This document shows, one piece after another, positions 60,841 through 64,000 of a stretch of 64,000 bases of DNA (the first letter of the stretch is position 1; each line of letters starts with the position of its first letter). Source of the DNA: Azolla caroliniana (taxonomy: Eukaryota > Plantae > Polypodiophyta). The notes beneath the pieces are model-generated. The model was not told where the DNA came from, ran no database searches, and saw only the letters and a program-made list of their open reading frames with translations. Location: positions 7,812,001-7,876,000 of the forward strand of contig JBHGNT010000002.1 in assembly GCA_043228905.1 (NCBI GenBank), given 5' to 3'. The position numbers and the translations under genes are program-made.

Positions 60841-63800
60841 GCAGGCTGGTCCGGAGTTGGGACAGATCATCTGATTCCGATCCAGCGGTGTGGAGACAGG
60901 TCGACATTCCGTCATGCTGAACTTGTACAGTATATTCAACACATAATGGCGTTGAGAAAGCAATATACCGTTGGGGGTGCCGATCACCTCGATCCCCAAA
61001 AAATAATGAAGGTCCCCCAAGTCCTTCATATCGAATGCGTCTGACAACTAGGACTTGACGTGGTTGATTTCCGGAAGACCTATGCCGGTGATGACTAAAT
61101 CATCAACATAGAGTAAGATACACACCAAACCGTTTGAGCCTTGACGGATGAACAGGGAAGAGTCCGACTTAGAGGCAACAAAGCCCATCTTTCACAACCG
61201 GTGCTTGATCTTAGCATTCCAAGCACGGGGGGCTTGCTTCAAGCCGTACAACGACTTCCTCAGCCGGCTTACCGCCGACTTGTTCACCTCCAACTGAAAT
61301 CCGGGGTGCTGAGTCATAAAGACTTCTTCTTCAAGATGTCCTTGAAGGAAGGCATTCTTCACATCCATTTGATGAAGATGCCACCTCCCTGCCGCAACAA
61401 CCGATAGTACCACACGAACCGTCATCATCTTCGCGACAGGAGCGAAGGTCTCGTCGTAGTCGATTCCATGGGTCTGCGCATATCCCTTCGCCACTAGCCG
61501 GGCCTTGTACCGGTTAACTGTACCGTCTGCATTGTACTTTACCTTGTACACCCACTTGCATCCGATCGGTTTACAGTGACGGGGAGGGTCAACCAGGTCC
61601 CAAGTTCCGTTGGCATCCAGTGCCCGCATTTCTTCCTCCATAGCAGCACGCCAATTTGCGTCCTTTGCCTTCGGGCTCACGCACTTCCGCGACCTTGGTC
61701 ATGTACGCATAATGATGCGCCATGTACTCGTTATACCGTACCGTTTAACGGGATCCTTCTGGCAGGTGGATCGGCGTAACTCACCGTTACTTGGTATGAG
61801 ACCCTTCTTGGCCAGTTCGGTCTTCGTTCCCGAAGATTTGCCTATGTCCTTGCCGAAGTCAGATCTGCACCGATCTGACTCATCATTGCCGGTCTCGAAT
61901 TCCGGCATCTTCTGCTTCCCTTTCTCTTTGCATGTGAACCGGGTCCTCGGTTCCTTGCGTGGGGAGAGCACGACAGAGTCTCCACTACTCGCCATCTCAT
62001 CATCCGACTGGTTGGAATGATCCAGTCTCTCATTCGGTCCGCTTAACCGGAATGATTCCGGACTCTCATCTTGAGTCCCGAGTTCATCTTCCTCTACCTG
62101 GGCCGGTGCAGGCTCACTAGCCCCATCCTCCGACATTGGGTCGGAATCGAAAGTCGGAGTTGAATACCACGATGCCGATTCATCAAACTCGACATCTCGG
62201 CTGACTCGGACCTGCTTCGTCCGGGGGTTATAACACTTATTACCCTTTTGCTCTTGAGCATAGCCGATTAGGATGCATTTTTCCGATTTTGCATCCAGCT
62301 TTCTCCGTTTCTCATCTGGCACATGTACATAGGCTATGCTGCCAAATATCCGAAGGTGTCTCAAATTTGGCTTGCGCCCGAAATACAGCTCGTGAGCTGA
62401 CACCTTGTCCCCGATCCGGTTCTGGATGTAAACGGTAGTTTGGACCGCCTCTGCCCAGTAGAACTTGGGCATGCTCTTTTCCTCCAGCATTGCCCTAGCC
62501 GCCTCAATCAGCGACCAATTCTTCCTTTCTGTTGCGGTGTGTATCTGCAACTGAATTCTCGCTAAATTCCTTTTTGTTGCAGATAGCTGTTGAATTGGCT
62601 GGAAAAGTACTCTTTTCCGCCATCTGACCATAGGCATTTGATCTTCCTCTCCGATTCTTGTTCCACCATCTTCTGGAGGCTCCGGAAACACTCGAAGACT
62701 TCGCTCTTCCGCTCAATGAGGTAGATCCACGTATGCCGTGTGTAGTCGTCGATGAAGGAGACGAAATATCGACTCCCGCCAATGCTAAACATTTTGTGCC
62801 GGTCCCCACACATCCGAATGGATAAGATCGAGCTTGTTACGGCTTCGATTTCTTTTGGAGGGGAATGGAAGCCAGTGTTGCTTCCTGAGTTGGTAGGCTT
62901 CATAAATCTGGGCTCTCCGGCCGCTAAACTTCGGCAAACCGAAAACGACTTGTTCCGTTTCCAGGTCTTGAAGCCTTCGGTAGTTGACGTGGCCAATCCG
63001 CTAGTGCCACAGGTCAATATCCGACTCGACCTTCTGTCCTTTGGCGAACAGTGCGGTGCCGACATCATTGGTGTTGAGGATAAACATCCTCCCATCTCTG
63101 CGCCCTTGCGCAATAACTTCGCCCTCATCCTCAATGAAGCACACGAGGTGCGTAAACCGCACCTGCATCCCCTGATCGACGATTTGTCCGACCGACACCA
63201 GGTTCTTCGTGATCGTCGGAACATGTAATACATTCATCTGCTTCCCCCTCTGTCCGACGTGGCTTAAAGGGACTTCTCCAACGTGCACGATCGGGTGGGG
63301 AGTGTCGTCTCCGGTTTCGACAACTCCTAATTGATCCGGCTTCTCCAAGAAAGAGAACCACTCCCCGTGGCTCGTCATGTGGTTCGATGCGCCGGAGTCA
63401 ACGTACCACACTTCCTCCGATTTGGAGGTGGTCTTCTTCATAGAGTTTTCCTTGTGCTTCACCACCAAGGCTGGCCCCTTACCGTTCTTGGATCCTCCCG
63501 ATCCGTTTGCGTAGTGCGAGCTTTGCCGGTCTTCCTTACCGGTCTTGCCGGATTCGGATTTGTCCGAATCGGCACGCTTTCTCCAGCACTCGCTTTCCCT
63601 GTGGCCCTTTTTGCCACAGTACTAGCATTCCGTAGTGGATTTGTCTTGCCGGCCTCCGGCACCACCTTGACTCCCCCTGCTTGTGGAAGTCCCGGAACTG
63701 TTGTCGGCACATTCACTGTGCCTTCATTCCTGCTCTTGTCGGCCGCCTCCATTGCATGCCGACCTGCCTCGTCCACCACGCTCGTGGAACCGATCTGCTC

Positions 63801-64000
63801 CCGTGTACAACATCCGGCTGTCTAGGGATGCACTCGTAGATGCACCGGCGTGGTTCTCCTCTACAAAGAGCATCAACTGTAAGTCGAAAAATGAGAGCGT
63901 ATTCTCCCTTGTACAAACCGCAGTCCGAAAATCTCCGAACTTGGATGCCAGGCCTCCAAGACAGACCTGCACCATCTCGTCTTCCGGTACGGTGACGTTA

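Larger units (their letters stand above)
55474..64000 (-). mobile_element. Ty1/copia element C5 (same family as C2/C3), split by G5; runs off the right edge; only about 9 bp of the 3' LTR remain
   Basis: Gag 63459-63975, protease WYVDSGASNHM, integrase 61699-62809, RT 60841-61680, RNase H in ORF 55477-56793, PPT 55483-55493. Confidence 0.92.

Overview
This is plant nuclear, transposon-dense DNA. The element lineages suggest a seed-free land plant such as a fern or lycophyte (inference). Roughly 90% of the window is a stack of nested LTR retrotransposons, which I resolved by hand from LTR termini, PBS, PPT and target-site duplications (TSDs). Ty3/gypsy content: tRNA-Trp-primed elements with 4-bp TSDs, a tRNA-Arg-primed element with a long extra 3' ORF, two chromodomain-integrase remnants, a very young non-autonomous gag-protease element and several solo LTRs. 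Ty1/copia content: one structurally complete element plus several broken ones. One probable host gene (intronless membrane protein, about 48.7-49.5 kb) survives. The most unusual item is a 1065-bp, 5'-truncated Penelope-like retroelement (32316-33380). Its RT ends the ORF with no C-terminal GIY-YIG, it has a perfect 25-bp TSD, and its 3' UTR carries telomere-like repeats, which fits the Naiad/Chlamys or EN-minus PLE type. Coordinates were counted by eye and may be off by a few bases. No database searches were run.
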